A DNA stretch of 64,000 nt from Setoptus koraiensis (GCA_048013815.1 CM106585.1:17608001-17672000); one strand, 5' to 3'; positions 11,116-24,815 are shown, counted from the first letter of the stretch. Numbers and translations are program-made. The notes: generated by a model not told the origin, from the letters alone.

Positions 11116-14100
11116 GCTGTGAGCACAGCGGCGCGGCACACGACGGGACAGCAACGCGGCGACGAGCTGGCCCAAAAGGCAAAAGTTAGCTGGCCGCCCG
11201 AAAGCTAACGGACCCAAACGAGCGCCAGCAATAGTGTTGGCGAGAGACAATGCCAACGGTATTACTATTATTATTGTTTTGTTGTGTTGTCTTGCTGGCC
11301 CATTATCTTATTCAATTCATCTGATGGATGCTGCCACTTGCTGGCCGTGCCTCCATCTATGCCCGGCTCGCTGCATTGGCTCGCTGCATTGGCTCGCTGC
11401 ATTGGCTCGGCCCGGCTGTGCCCAGCTCGCCAAAACAAGCTCGCCAAAACAAGCTCGCCAAAACAAGCTCGCCAGCAGCAACACTAACAGCGGCAACGGC
11501 ACAAGTAAACCATCATGAAATTATATTTGCATATTTATTTCGGTTTGGCCCTCTCTCAAACTCACATAACATTACATTACATGCGACAGCGAGAGCGAGT
11601 ATATCTGAGAATGAGTACATGCGAGAACGTATGTGGCCCAGTTGGCCGCATTCACAGTTTGTCTCATCACCGATTTGCCGATGGCTCTCGAGTTATAAGC
11701 GGGCTGTCTTAAACTTTCACTTTTGGCCCCTGTCTCCGCTGTCCACTCGTCCACTGGCGGCCAACTTGGGCCAACTTGAACCAACTTGGGCCAACTTGGG
11801 CCAACAGCAAGCACCAAAGCAGACAGTTTGAGAGTTTTGATCGTTTGATCGCTTGCTCGTTTGGTGTTTTGGCCTGGCCAGCGCACACAATCTCTTGCGC
11901 TGCTGGCCCAAAATACCGGTTACCTGGAAAATTTAAGAGCCACTTGCCAACGAGCGACTGGCCACTGACAGATGTCAGTGGCCGATTTGAGAGTTGAGAA
12001 TCGCATTAAATTATCTCTATTCATGCTATTCATTGCATATTGTTCATATTGTTGGCCTGTGTGTCGCATTCTTTAACATTCGTACATTGGCATTGTGAGA
12101 TATTGTTGACTGACCCGCTGTCACAGCACGTGTAACACAACACATTGCATACAGAGGCAACGGCAACTCACCTTTTGACCTCTGCACTGTGACAGGGCGC
12201 GCCGAGGCCGCTAATGAGTGAGTCGCAACATATGACAAGTGGCCATTGTGACAGCACTGTTACACTCACGCCGGGCCCGGCCGCTCGGGCCAGAGTGTAC
12301 GAGCTGCGAACACTTGCAACGTTTCGATGTTGGGGATATTTCAAACACTTTCGACTATTTTCTTTCTCTTTGCACTTTGCAACAAAGTATCGAGCACAGT
12401 GTTCAGTTGGAAGTTCGCGCACGGCGCAACTAAAACTGTGCCGACCGGCTCATTGGGCCCAGCGGCCACCTTTGCCTCGGCAGCTCAGAGTTGCGACAGC
12501 AAAGTTGCCACTGCAAAGTGTGGGCGACCGGCCGGCCAGATGCAGTGTGTAGTTGTATCTACTGGCGAGTTGTGCCTTGCATAACTTGCATCTTGCTCGC
12601 TGGTGCGGGGGTGGCTAACAGAGACAGTGCGCTATGTGTTAGTCGTGTTATGTGTCAGCGGCACACAACGACAACGACAACAGAGACAGCGACAGCCACA
12701 ACGACAGCAGCACCAGCAACAACAACAACGGCGACAACAACAATTGCAAACCGCTGCTGCTGCTGCTGCAAATGGCCTTCATGAAATATAGAGCAACGAC
12801 AGCGACAAAAACAAACACGCCAAGACTGGACGCGAGTGGACACGAAATTTTGAAATTTGAAATCTGATCCCATCTCAGTTGATTAAATTGTCCAGTGAGC
12901 GCCATTCACCGGCTCGCTTGCTACATTCGCAGTTACAATTGTCAGACGATTGTGCACACACATAACTGTTACGTAACTGTTGTCGTTGTTGTCGTTGTTG
13001 TTGGCGCTGGCCGTCGTCGAGTCGGTCGGTTGTTGTCGTTGTTGCTGTTGCTGTTGAACCTGTTGTGAGGCGCGCACGCTCTCGTGGCGCGGCGCTCGCG
13101 CTTGCTTATTTGGGGCCAGCAAATCCATTTGGGCGCCGGATGCTGGGGCCAGCAAAACGACGCCAGTGCCCATGAGCAAGGAGTTTGCGCGCAACAATAG
13201 GCACACTATCTAGGCACAGTCGCCTAGATAGTTGTTGTTGGTGCCTGTGGCCTGTGTGTGTGTGCGTGCGTGTGCGTGTATGTTGAGCAGAGCACAGCTA
13301 CACAGTAGGCAGTTGACACGACATGACACGACGCGACACACGACACGCCAGATATCCAGTTGCGTATGCGTCTAGCCAGTGTGCGCGAGCCTCTGTTGTG
13401 AGTCTATTTTGAATATTGATGTGCTGCTGTTATTATTATTTATATTATTTATAATATTATTATCATATTATATTATAACGATGTTATAATATTATGGTCG
13501 CTGTAATCAACTTTGTTGACACACACACACACACACAATCGCATTGTACAATTTGTATAAATATAACAACAACAAACACATAACAAGTATCGACAACAAC
13601 GACACCGACAACAACAACGGCGACAACGACACCGACAACAACAACGGCGACAACAACTGCAACTACAACAGGCAACCAGGCAGCCAAGTGACGTCCACAC
13701 TGACATCATAGTTAAATAGTGAGGTTGTCACATTAGTGCTAAATTTAGTAATAATAATAATACTATAAATTACCTCTGTCGGTGCCATTGTCACTGCCTG
13801 TTAATGACACTGAATTAGTGTGGCCCGCGCGCCCGACTGCAGCTTGTTGATGCAACAACCACAACAGCGACAACAGCGACAACAGCAACCACTTGCACCC
13901 AGCTAACCGCGCCAAGACCCGTCTGCCTGGGCCGTGTGTCTCTTTTGTGCGGATTATCGCGGGGATTATCGCTTGCCATCATTTCAATCATCGTCATCGT
14001 ACTTGTCATTGTCATCATCATGTCGCCATGATTGGGCACAAGCGAGCGCGACGACCGGCGCGATGCCGATGCAAACTACAAACAAATAATCGGATATGCT

Positions 14101-14619
14101 GATATCAACACCTCCTATTTACCTGTTATCACATATTCACCTGTGCTCACATACTCGCCTGTGCTCATATGTTCACCTGTGCTCACATTATCTCCTCTCA
14201 CCTAGCTACCTGATCCGATGTAGCTGTGCTGTTCCTGTTGTGACATAACAACAACAGTGATCATTTATTGACAACAATTAGCTCTCATTAACTGGCGAAT
14301 CAAGTGCGAATCATTCACAAGTCACTGCTATTATGCTGCTATTATGCTGTAATTGTGCTGTTATTGTGCTGCTTGTGTCAATCTCTCAATCAGACATGTT
14401 CAATGCCGTTCAATGTTGTAACGAGCAGCCCGGCGACGAGCGATTAACGAGGCGACAATGAGGAAATATTTGATATGAGCGACAGTCAATATTGTTCAGT
14501 GCACACACACGGCGAGACAACGACGACGACGACAATTAATGAGAAGGCAAAACATGTTACTAATATGATTTAAAACGACGACGACGACATCAAGTCAATG
14601 AGACGTGCAAAATTAGTGC

Positions 14620-14759
14620 AACACAACACCGACAGCAACAACACCGACACCGACACCGACAACACCGACACCGGCAACGCCGACACCGGCAACAGCAGCA
14701 ACAACAACAACAATAACAGCAAAAACAACAGCAATAGCAACAGCAGCAACAACAACAGC

Positions 14760-14805
<46 letters not shown>

Positions 14806-14820
14806 GCGGCAACAACAACA
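14620..14820. repeat. Compound (CAACACCGA)/(CAA/CAG)n tract
   Basis: Read directly from the sequence; source of spurious poly-N/poly-L/poly-C ORFs. Confidence 0.9.
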
Positions 14821-15157
14821 TGCTCGCCAGCTGACTGCAGAGCTGGCAAAATAAAACACGGCTCACCTGTGCAGAGGCCGCCACTGGTATCTGTTGTGTT
14901 GAATTGTGTGACATTGTCAATCAGCGAGTTATTAGGAAAAGTCATCGACAACTTCAACTATTGATACAAAGGTCTCGTGTTACGTGCAATTGAAATTTGA
15001 ACTCGGCATTGTTTACACACACTTGACACTGTCTGACAATCAGACTGTGATTTGTCATCGTCAGATGAGTTTGGCGAGTGTGTGTTCAATTAGCAGCGCG
15101 ACACGACAGCAGCAACAGCTCACATTTGTCTGACAATTGTGAATTTTGTTTGAGTCA

Positions 15158-15189
<32 letters not shown>

Positions 15190-15405
15190 AGCTTGTTGGT
15201 GCAAGTGTCTTGGCAATTGTTTGCAACTGTTCAGCGTGCCTCACACAGCTCGCCAAGCTCGCCAAGCCGACACAAGAATGGTGACACGAGAGCCGAGCGA
15301 GTGATTCAGGCAAAACGAGAGCGAGACAGCGAGAGACAGCGAGAGAGAGAGAGAGCGAGAGAATTAGATGAGACAGATAAGAGATTACACAATTGAATAA
15401 ATGTG

Positions 15406-15973
15406 ATGTGGAGCAATTATGCACGCTGGCTTATTATTGTGGTGCTGTTCGGCGGACCGCTTCTCATCGGCCTGACAACGGGGGCCAAGACGACACAACA
15501 AGAGCAAGACGAAGACGACAACAACAAGTTCGCAAGCAACAACAACAACGACGACGACCAGCCATCGCTAGCACCAAGTGACCCAACAACAGAACCGGAA
15601 ACGCACGGGCCGGCCCCAAACAATTTGGTCAGCGCGCAAGACTTGGCCGGCTCGTACAGGCTGGCCGGCACAAGCAATTTGCGGCCAGCAAATCACAACA
15701 GCAGCGAGCCGGGGCCCGTTCACCAGCAGGCGCCCCCTCAGCAGCAAAAGCACAAGCCACTCGCCAGGGAGAGCGGCGTGTTCAGGTGGCCTTACCTGGC
15801 CTTGATTGTTTTAATGATAGGCGGCGCGCTGGGCAACATTCTCGTCTGTTTGGCCGTGTTTCTCGAGCGCCATTTACAAACGGCCACCAATTATTTTCTG
15901 TTATCGCTGGCCGTTGCCGATTTGCTTGTTTGCACACTAGTGATGCCATTCGGAATTATATACGAATTCTACG
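15406..15973 (+). CDS. 5-HT2B: 5-HT2B-type serotonin receptor, coding exon 1 (N-terminus, TM1, TM2)
   Basis: GNILVCLAVFLERHLQTATNYFLLSLAVADLLVCTLVMPFG is the 5-HT2 TM1-TM2 signature. ATG at 15406 (15403 is GTG). Donor TACG|GTGAGT at 15974, phase 1. Confidence 0.9.
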
Positions 15974-15984
15974 GTGAGTACCCC

Positions 15985-16034
<50 letters not shown>
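15985..16034. repeat. (CAA)n immediately after the receptor exon-1 donor
   Basis: Read directly from the sequence. Confidence 0.95.
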
Positions 16035-17487
16035 CGACAAAATCATCCACAAACACAAATTAGCCGCCAACGTGTTGTGCGGCCGGCAAACAACAACAAC
16101 GATATGTCAATCACAATCGCTATCTCTGCTCGCCCGCGCCCGCTATCTCGCCGGCGCGGGCAAGTTGCTGCGAGCGGGGCCCGCGAGGGGGCCCACTCCA
16201 GAGCGCGGCCCGGCGTGACTGTGCTCGTTATGACTAACAAGTTACAGCGAGCATTATGTAACTTTTTCAACTGCTGTGCCCACTCACTCAGTGTGCGCGA
16301 TTATTACAAGATTAAGCAGACAGTAGGCAAATGACAGTGCGTGCTGCGCGCTAAGCTGTTCGCTCTAAGCTCGCCAGCGCACGCACGCCTACACGCACAC
16401 GCACGCCGACACACACACACACACATACGCACAAACAAGCACACACACACACACACACATACGCACAAACAAGCACACGCACACGCACGCCGACAGACAG
16501 GAAGAAGATGACAATAATAGGCGCTGACAGTTGTTGTTTGTGTTGCTTTCTGTCAAGCTCGCTCGCTAAAGCGAGCACAGTGACACTGGCGAGCCGGGCA
16601 CAGTTTGCACACTGCTCAGCGAGTGTGACACGGCGGCGACAGCACGACAAAACGACTGTCGGACAAACAAACTAATCGGCGCAAACACAGCCCAACGTAA
16701 CCGGCCAACCGCGGGCCGCCAACCCCAATCCCGCGCCGGGCAGTGGGAGTGGCGGTCAGCGCGGTTATCGTACGTAATCGAGTTAATTTTGAGTTGGCTC
16801 ACTTTTTGGGCACGCACACGCGCCAATGCCGAGTGCGCCAACGCCGCTATGCGCCCATACAGCCGCTGTGCGGCCACATAGCCGCTGTGCGGCCACCTAG
16901 CTGCTGCACAGTGGCGCTAGTGGCGCCGTGCAAGGGGGCCCGCCACCATGCAGCAGCGCCCCAAATGTTGCGCAAATGCCGCCCAAGCCCGAGCTTAGCA
17001 TTTGTGATGATGATGCAGCTGCAGCGGCCGCACAGCTCGGCCGCAACTGATCAGTGGGGCCCCATCATTGGGCCAGCTAGATAAATGGCCTGTTTGAGCT
17101 GGCCTCTGCCGGCCTCTTGGGCCTCATCACGCCGGGCGCCGCGCCGCGCGTATGTGTGCGTGTGTGTGTGAGTGCTCGCGCCTGGCGCGCCTAAGCCGGC
17201 GAATCATTATTTGAATTTGTTCAAAATTTGTTTTTCCAGCCAGCCAGCCAGCCAGCCGAGCCGCTAGCCAGCCTGTATGGCTGGTGTCGCGTCAGCCATT
17301 GTTTTGGTCGCTGGCGCGGGGCCCGACGGAACCGACTGCCAGTCGTCGGAATTATCTGGCCCGGCCGGCCGACGCTCCAACTCGCAACCGCCGAGCCGCC
17401 GAGCAGCCGAACAATGGCGCGCGCGCACCCAATCGTCGGAACAGCACTCGGCGTTGCGTCATCTGGCAGCGCTGCAGCGCGCAATCC

Positions 17488-17562
17488 AACAACAACAACA
17501 GCAACAACAACAGCAACAACAACAGCAGCAACAACAACAACAACAACAGCAGCAACAACAAC
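17488..17562. repeat. (CAA/CAG)n microsatellite
   Basis: Read directly from the sequence. Confidence 0.95.
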
Positions 17563-18236
17563 ATATTGCGCTGCGTTGTGCGGCGGCTGGCACTTTTTTG
17601 GGGCCCAGCCGCCGGCGCGCGCCGTTCCATTGGATTGTTTAACTGTTCGCCGACGGTTGAGCTACCGAGCAGCCAGACAAACAGCGGCGGCGGCAACGAT
17701 TTTCGTGCCCAGACAGCCGAGTCGGCGGGCATAATTTGTTTCATTTTAAATGCAAAATATGCGACAAATTGTTGCCAGCGCCTGGCCGGCCAGCGCCGAG
17801 CTGGCTGCACAACAACCTGCACGGCACGCTGTTGTGCCAGTTGTTGTGCCAGTGTCGTCTCGAGTCGAGACTCTCAAGTTGAGATTCTCGGGCCGGGCCG
17901 GCGACGGGCCGAATCAGAGCCGCGAATCGCGTGCCTCGCCAGCGAGCTCATCTATCAAAACTGGTGAAAACTGCAACTTTTTGCTCGCTCGCTCTGTCTC
18001 GTGTCTTTTTTTGAGTTCACTGAGCACTGAGCCAGCCACCGCTACCGCTAATGCCGCTGTTGCGTCACACTTGCGCTGCTTTTGCTGCCGTGCATGTGTG
18101 TGCGTTATCACGAGATATTGCGTAACGAGATGTTGCGTCGCGCGCGCTGTCACGCCGTTACAAATCGTTACTGAATCTAGCGAGCGAGCGGGCGCTCGCT
18201 CGCGATTGCACTAAGCTCGCTGTAATTTGTGTTTCG

Positions 18237-18400
18237 CCAGTTGTTCCAATCGCGCCAATTGTGCCAATTGTGCCAATCGCGCCAATTGCGCCAGTTGTGC
18301 CAATTGCGCCAGTTGTGCCAATTGCGCCGGTCGGCGCCAATCGAGCCAGTCGTGCCAATCGCGCCGGTTGTGCCAATCGGGCCAGTTGTGTGCCAATTGT
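18237..18400. repeat. Degenerate 9-bp tandem repeat (GCCAATTGT/GCCAGTTGT/GCCAATCGC)
   Basis: Read directly from the sequence. Confidence 0.85.
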
Positions 18401-20896
18401 GATTTGCGCAATTCGGTTGATTTGAAATCCGGATCGCGGAATGCGCTTTTTTGAGCGCAATCCGCATTTTTGAGTCGGCAACGCGACCGAGTCCGCAATT
18501 GGAAATTCACAATCTGCTACCCGCGCGCGTGCAGCTCGCCAAGAACAAGTTGCCACGTGCACACAGATGCGCCAGAGCGAGCACGAATGCAAGTATAAAT
18601 ATAAATGAGGCCCAGCTGGGGCTGGCTCATCTGGCTGGCGAGCGGATCGGCTGGCGGCGGGCCGCTGTCGGCAATTATCATCGGGCCGACCCGAGACAGC
18701 GCAACAGTGCACCGGAGCGCGTCTAACCGTCGGCACGCAGCGCCCCGAACGGCGCGCCCCAAACAGCCCGCCGGACACACAATCAGCCCGCTTACTGGCT
18801 TGCTAAATATACCTATATATGTCAATTGGTGGCCCGCCGTCGATGCGGCGCTCGCTGATGCAATTTGCCGCTCTGTCTGGCCACTTATGCGCCACCCGAG
18901 CCGCCGCTCGGGTCGCCGTTTGGGTCGCTGTTCGGGTCGCTATGCGCGCGAGTCGCTGCGTGGGCCCGGCGAGCGAGCGGGCCACGGGCAGCCAGCGGCA
19001 CAGCCTTATGCAGTCAAACGTGATGCCCGACGTAATCAGCCATTTAGAGTTGGCGCGCTGCCGGGTTCCTTTCATTGTTTCGGGCCGGTTGCAGCGGGCG
19101 CTGTCTGCGTGCAGCGCAGCCGGCTTACCTGCAGCCAGCTTGCTCGTGCATCTCGTGCGTTTAGCATTCTGTGGTCGCTTTTGGCCCCAATCGGCTTCTC
19201 ACTGCACGACGGCCCAAAGGTCGGCTGACGCGGCTCGGCTCGCATGCAACGGGGCCCCATTGCATGCTGTCAGTTTGAGAAAGGGTCAGACAGAGCCAAA
19301 GTTGGCCTCACTGGTGGCGCCAATTGAGCAGTTAGCGGCGGCGGCAGCAGGTGCGCAATCTTCATTTGTTTTGTTGTACTTTATTGACTGCTCGACAGCG
19401 ACGGATTGGCGCAAATCGCCGGGCCGGCCAGCCAATTTGAGTGCTGTCAGTTGATTTGTTGCCAACTGGGCCACTATTGGCCGGAGCGCGCCAGCCAGCG
19501 CCCCAGAGCCGAGCCCGCGCTCCAAAGTGAGCCAATGGCGCCGGTCAGCGCGATGAAACCGGCCGGCCTACTGACCGGCCAGCCGCGTGTCCGCCACGGG
19601 GCCACGGGGCCGCAGTGCCGCGAGCGCTGCTGAGCGCCAGCCGGGCCGGCTTGAGCGTTGTGCGCGGGCCGGCCGCATAATGCGCACTCGGACTGAATAT
19701 AATGTGAATATATTGTGCGCCCGTTTGCAGCTCTCGCTTTTGCACACACAACATATTCTATTAGAGAGATAGAGGAACAAGCGAAGCGACAAATTATTTA
19801 TCGATCTCTATCTAAACCCAATTACGCCAACCATTATCTGCGCTCTTTACACGTGATTCGCTTGTTGTTGCTGGTGGCGCTGTGTCGCTCGTGACGCAAC
19901 GTGCCGCATCCCGATTTGGCCGGGCTCTGGCTTTGGGGGCCGAACGGGGCCCCCAAATGGGCTAAATCGACTGGGCATCGACAATGAGAGCGGGCCCGCC
20001 AGTCAGACGGCCAGTCAGACGGCCAGTCAGCCAGCCAGTCAGACGGCCAGTCAGACGGCTCAAGTTTGTGAGCAGTGAGACTGTGCGAATCGGGATTGTG
20101 TGCAGCCATAATAAAGTATTGGCCATAATTCATGTGATGCAATGCGGTAATAGATTCAATGAGTTCAATTGGGCGCGCACGATTGAAATTATTATTACTG
20201 CTGCGGCCACTGGGCCTGTCAGTGCAGTCAGTGCAGTCGCCAGAGTCGCCAGAGTCGCCAGAGTCACTAGAGTCAGAGTGCGCGAATGTCGCTATGCGCC
20301 CAATGCGGCGCACTGTCAGCCACATTGGGACACAGCGACATCCGCATCGACATGCTGTCACACTCAGCAACTTTATGCGCCAACAGCGACAACTGCGTGT
20401 TATACGTGTTACAAGATGACATAAGATTACATAATGGTAATATAATCTGTGCCAGCCACACACAACTTGTATGACGCCACTTGATTACTTAATGAGTTAT
20501 ATGTTGCTCTTTCTGGCTCGTGTGTCGGCCCTGTGTCGCTCTCGTGTCGTTGTTGTGTCGCGTTGTCGTGTCGTTGCTGTGCTGGGCCCCATCGATGGCC
20601 AACTGTGAGTTGGCCGCAGTGACAGCGGGCGGCCGCGCGGGCTTTTATCCGCACAACTGTTCGGATAAAAGCCCAGTCACATAATCCCGCTTGTGCGACC
20701 AGTGTGTGATCACTGTGCCGCGGGCCGCATCGATGAACCTGGCCAGCCGTGACCGTTTCCGGCGCGCCGAATCACGTCCAGTCACGTCGGCGGGCCGCCA
20801 TTTGCATGCCATTGCGCAATATGTGCCAATATGTGCCACAGCAAGCTCCACGCCAATTGCGTTTTGTCCATTTTTTCTCGTTCGCTCGGCCCCCTG

Positions 20897-20975
20897 TTGA
20901 CTGAGCCCCACAACCCGTTCACTGAGCCCCACAACCCGTTGAACGAGCCCCACAACCCGTTGAGTGAGCCCCAGA
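20897..20975. repeat. 21-bp minisatellite (GAGCCCCACAACCCGTTxxxx), ~3.5 copies
   Basis: Read directly from the sequence. Confidence 0.85.
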
Positions 20976-23371
20976 AGCGAGCCGGCCGCTCGACAGCGCC
21001 GCCGAGCCCTCCAAGCGGCCAAGACGCCAACTACGGGCGTCACTGCAAGCAATGAATGAATATTTATAACAGGGGCGAGCGCACGCACAAATGAGCTCGT
21101 TACAAATCGTGCTCATTTGTCTCCGCCTGTCTCTATCTGTTATGCCAGCGGGCCCCATTCAACGCCGCTCGGCCCCATCGATGCGAATGGACGAATGGGC
21201 GCACTGGCGAGCGTCGGCTGGCCGTGGTTTAATCGGCGGCCATGCATGCACTGACAACTGCGCACCCAAGTGACATTGTGAGCTGCACAATCTCGACAAT
21301 CTCTGTTGCGCAATCACTGTTTGTTTGTTTGTTTGTTTGCTCACAACAATTGTTAATTGATGATCACTGATCAACAACTAACTTTTGCGCATAAGCACGC
21401 CATAAGCAACTAGGCCAACACAGAGCGTGTGCGTGCGCGCGCTTGGCCCCAAATTGTTTATCAATAATTGATAGAACACACTCTCGTTCGGGGCCCCTGT
21501 GAGCGTCGCCATTCGGGGGGCCCCATTGAGCGCCGCTGTTCGGGCCCGGACTTGGTGGCCGTGTCAGTGCGGCTGGCTCGTTGCGCGCCGTTGGGGCCCA
21601 ACGGCGAACAGTTGCGAACAGTCGCCGATAGTCGCCCCGCCGACTATCGGCCGACGGTGGCCACTTGCCGGGCCCGCTGGCCAGTGCGCGACAGGGCGAC
21701 AGTGCGCGACAGGGCGACAGTGTCGCCTGGCGACGAATTCATTTATTTCCAGCGGCCAGTTATTTGTCTGTGTGCGTGCCATCGATCATCGCCAGCCAGC
21801 TCGCTAATAAATCGTCGTATGGGCCCACATGTCGTGTTATATGTTGTATGCGATATTTATTCATGTGCGCCCGCTTGGCATCCGCTGCGAGCGGCGGATA
21901 AATAAATCCGATAACTGGCACAATTTCTGGCGCACGCCGCACTGTTGAGCGACCGCCGCTTGTCGGCCAAAACCACACAATAATAACTGGACACTGTGCA
22001 ACTGCGCCTGTGCCATGTTAATGATGGCCGGCCGCCGATTGCTCATTATTCATAGATTCGGCAATTTGCGCGCCAAGGGGCGCATTCGGATCTCGCCCGT
22101 TATTCGGGTATCGCCCGTTATTCGGGTCTCGCCTGTTGGCAGCCGGGTGCATTGTCGCCGGATCGCCGCCCGGCGGCTGCCCGGTCGCCGGCCCGCTTGC
22201 CGCCGGCCCGACCAGTGCCGAGCTGTGGGCCCAATTGTGGCAATTGTGGCGACTGTGGCCTCGCAGTGGCGACAATTGCACTTTCGCCGGACGCTGTCGC
22301 TGGCAAGCCCAACGCAAGCAACGACAATCTGGCGCAAATCTGGCAACGACGGCGTCTTGTCGCGCTGCAAGCCACCGAGCTCATTATTCAAAGTTATGCG
22401 CGCTCGTTGCGCCATGGCTCTGTTGTGGCGCAACAGTGATACCGCCACTAATAACAATATCTCACGTTGCGTCATGTTGTGTGCGACAACCGCTCAATGC
22501 GGTCTTGCATTTAACTCACTGCAATCACTGGTTACATTTGTCACTCGTTTTGGTGCTTACGTAATCATCAGCAATCTGTTGTTGTTGTTGTTATCTTCAC
22601 TCTTTTTACTTTCGCTCTGTTTTGCACTCTTTTGCCGCCATTGCCGCCATTGCCGCCATTGCCACTATTGCAACTGAACTGGGCCTATTGCGTCACTTCC
22701 TATTGCAACAGTGTGTTTTGTGTTGGCCGGCAGCGGCGGTGTCGAGCAAGTTGACAGCGGTGCTGGCATTAAATGAGCGTTGTTGTCGTGCGTTGTTGTT
22801 GTCGCTGTTGTTGCCAATCTTGTGACAACAACAACACTGTGTTATGTAACAACAAAAGCAGTTGTTGCGTAATACAGTGTGCGTCGCGCCTGGAGCGCAC
22901 AGCCTAGAAAGTCTCTACTAGAAAGTCTCTACTAGACAGTCTCAACTAGAGACTGTCTAGTAGAGTCACCTCACTGAGAGCAACGATAATGGCTATTGAC
23001 AGTATCGACAGTCGGACGGCGGAAGAGGCGCGCGAGAAAAGTGAAACTAGCCAGTTACAGTTTAAGTGAGTGATACTAAACAAGTCAACATATAAACGAG
23101 TCACACATTGCGTGGGCTGGCTGTCAGTCGGTGTGAGTTATTGTTTTGTGCTGCTCACCTGAGCTAACTAACGGGTCAGCCGCACTCCGCGCCCCGATCA
23201 GCGATAATAATCTTGCTGTGTGTGTGTGTGTGTGTGCCATCAATAAATTAACTGGCCACTCGACTGACAATCGCTGTAAATTGTGTTTCTTATCAATGTT
23301 TATCAGTGCCGGCTTATCAGCTGGCTCGTTTGGCAAGCTTGTGTCGAGCGAGCCGCAATTTGGCCGGCCGC

Positions 23372-23517
23372 CAACAGGGCAAACTGTCCAGAAACCGGGC
23401 AAACTGTTCTTAACCAGGGCAAACTGTCCGTAACCAGGGCAAACTGTCCGTAACCAGGGCAAACTGTCCGTAACCAGGGCAAACTGTCCGTAACCAGGGC
23501 AAATCGGGCAAACTGGG
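23372..23517. repeat. 20-bp minisatellite TAACCAGGGCAAACTGTCCG: 4 perfect, 1 partial and 2 degenerate copies
   Basis: Perfect units at 23411, 23431, 23451 and 23471. Confidence 0.95.
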
Positions 23518-24715
23518 AAAAGTCAGGCTGGCCGCTCACTGGCGGTCACTTGACACCTTTGGTGAAGTGTTGTCGTCGTTGGTGCTTGTGTGCACTCAAT
23601 ATCGGGTTACCGGCACTAAATTTATATAAATGGCATTAAAACGAGCACTATACCGAGATAAAATGAAATAAAAAAATAATAAAATGTGCGCGCCAAATGT
23701 GAAAAACAACACCGCCTAAATGGGGGTCGGCAGTGGGCTGGTAATTGCAATTAATTTAACTGTTTGCTGTTGTCAAGCGATAGTGGCAAGATTGTTGATT
23801 GGTGGCATCACTTGATTATGGCCGGATTAATTTAATCAATGTTGATGATGATGACATAATGTGTTGCAAGTGGCAACTGTCATATTCGTCGTATTGCTGC
23901 GTGTAGGCGCCCATTTTTGTCAGACAGTTGTCAGACAGACAGCTGATCAGGTAACGTGATTACATTGTGCGAGTTGTTATGACATGATGTGAGTCACATG
24001 AGCACCAGTGATTAGGCGCCAGTACGTGCAGCTCGTTACCGGTGGCCAGCTTGCAATTACTGGCTTGCCGCATTCTGGCAATTTAGTCTCTCGTCCATTG
24101 TCTGCTGGTCAGTCTTGCGCCGACGGTCTGGTCAGGCTTGCGCCGACGGTCTGGTCAGGCTTGCGCCGCCACAGTCTGGCCGAGAGAGAGAGAGAGCTGG
24201 CGAGAGGGAGAGAGTTTAGAGTTACATCATACTCTGGGCCGACGCTGGCCAGCAACTGACAATTGTCTGGTCGCTCGTGATTGCTCGCGCTGCCTCTACC
24301 TTGAGTTGGCCTCTCTGTCTCGTGCACTGGTCAGCGGCCCCACAATCGGCGCCCGTCGAGACTGGTCAAGCAGTACGTGCTGCAAAACAAACACTGGCCC
24401 CATTAGTATAAGTAGTATATAATTTGTTGGCCACTCAAGCAGCACACATTATGTGTAGCGCGCCAATGATTTTGGGCCGGCGCTGGCCAGTTAGCTGGTT
24501 GCTGACCAGCGACTAGCCAACTGACCAGCGACCAGCTAACTGACCAGCGACCAGCTAACTGGCCAGCGGGGCCAGCGGGCCTGGCGGAATCAGCGGTTAG
24601 CCAGTGAGCAGCTACTGCTGCGTCTAAATCTATGTGGCCGCTAATAATTTAAGCAAATTGTTGTTTTTGTCTAGCGCCGGCTTACCAGCGACATGCCCGG
24701 CGCGTAAGCCCAAAC

Positions 24716-24815
24716 TAACCAAACAAGCGAATGGCCGTTATAACCAAACGAACGAACGGCCGTTATAACCAAACGAACGAACGGCCGTTATAACCAAACA
24801 AGCGAATGGCCGTTA
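24716..24815. repeat. 25-bp minisatellite, 4 copies in A-B-B-A order (TAACCAAAC[AAG/GAA]CGAA[T/C]GGCCGTTA)
   Basis: Units at 24716, 24741, 24766 and 24791. Confidence 0.95.

Noticed and set aside
24484-24502. miR-34 gene
   Set aside because: Only the 3' 12 nt match; the seed is different.
23372-24815. CRISPR-like appearance of the 20-bp and 25-bp repeats
   Set aside because: Head-to-tail units with no unique spacers, no cas genes, and a eukaryotic intron context.
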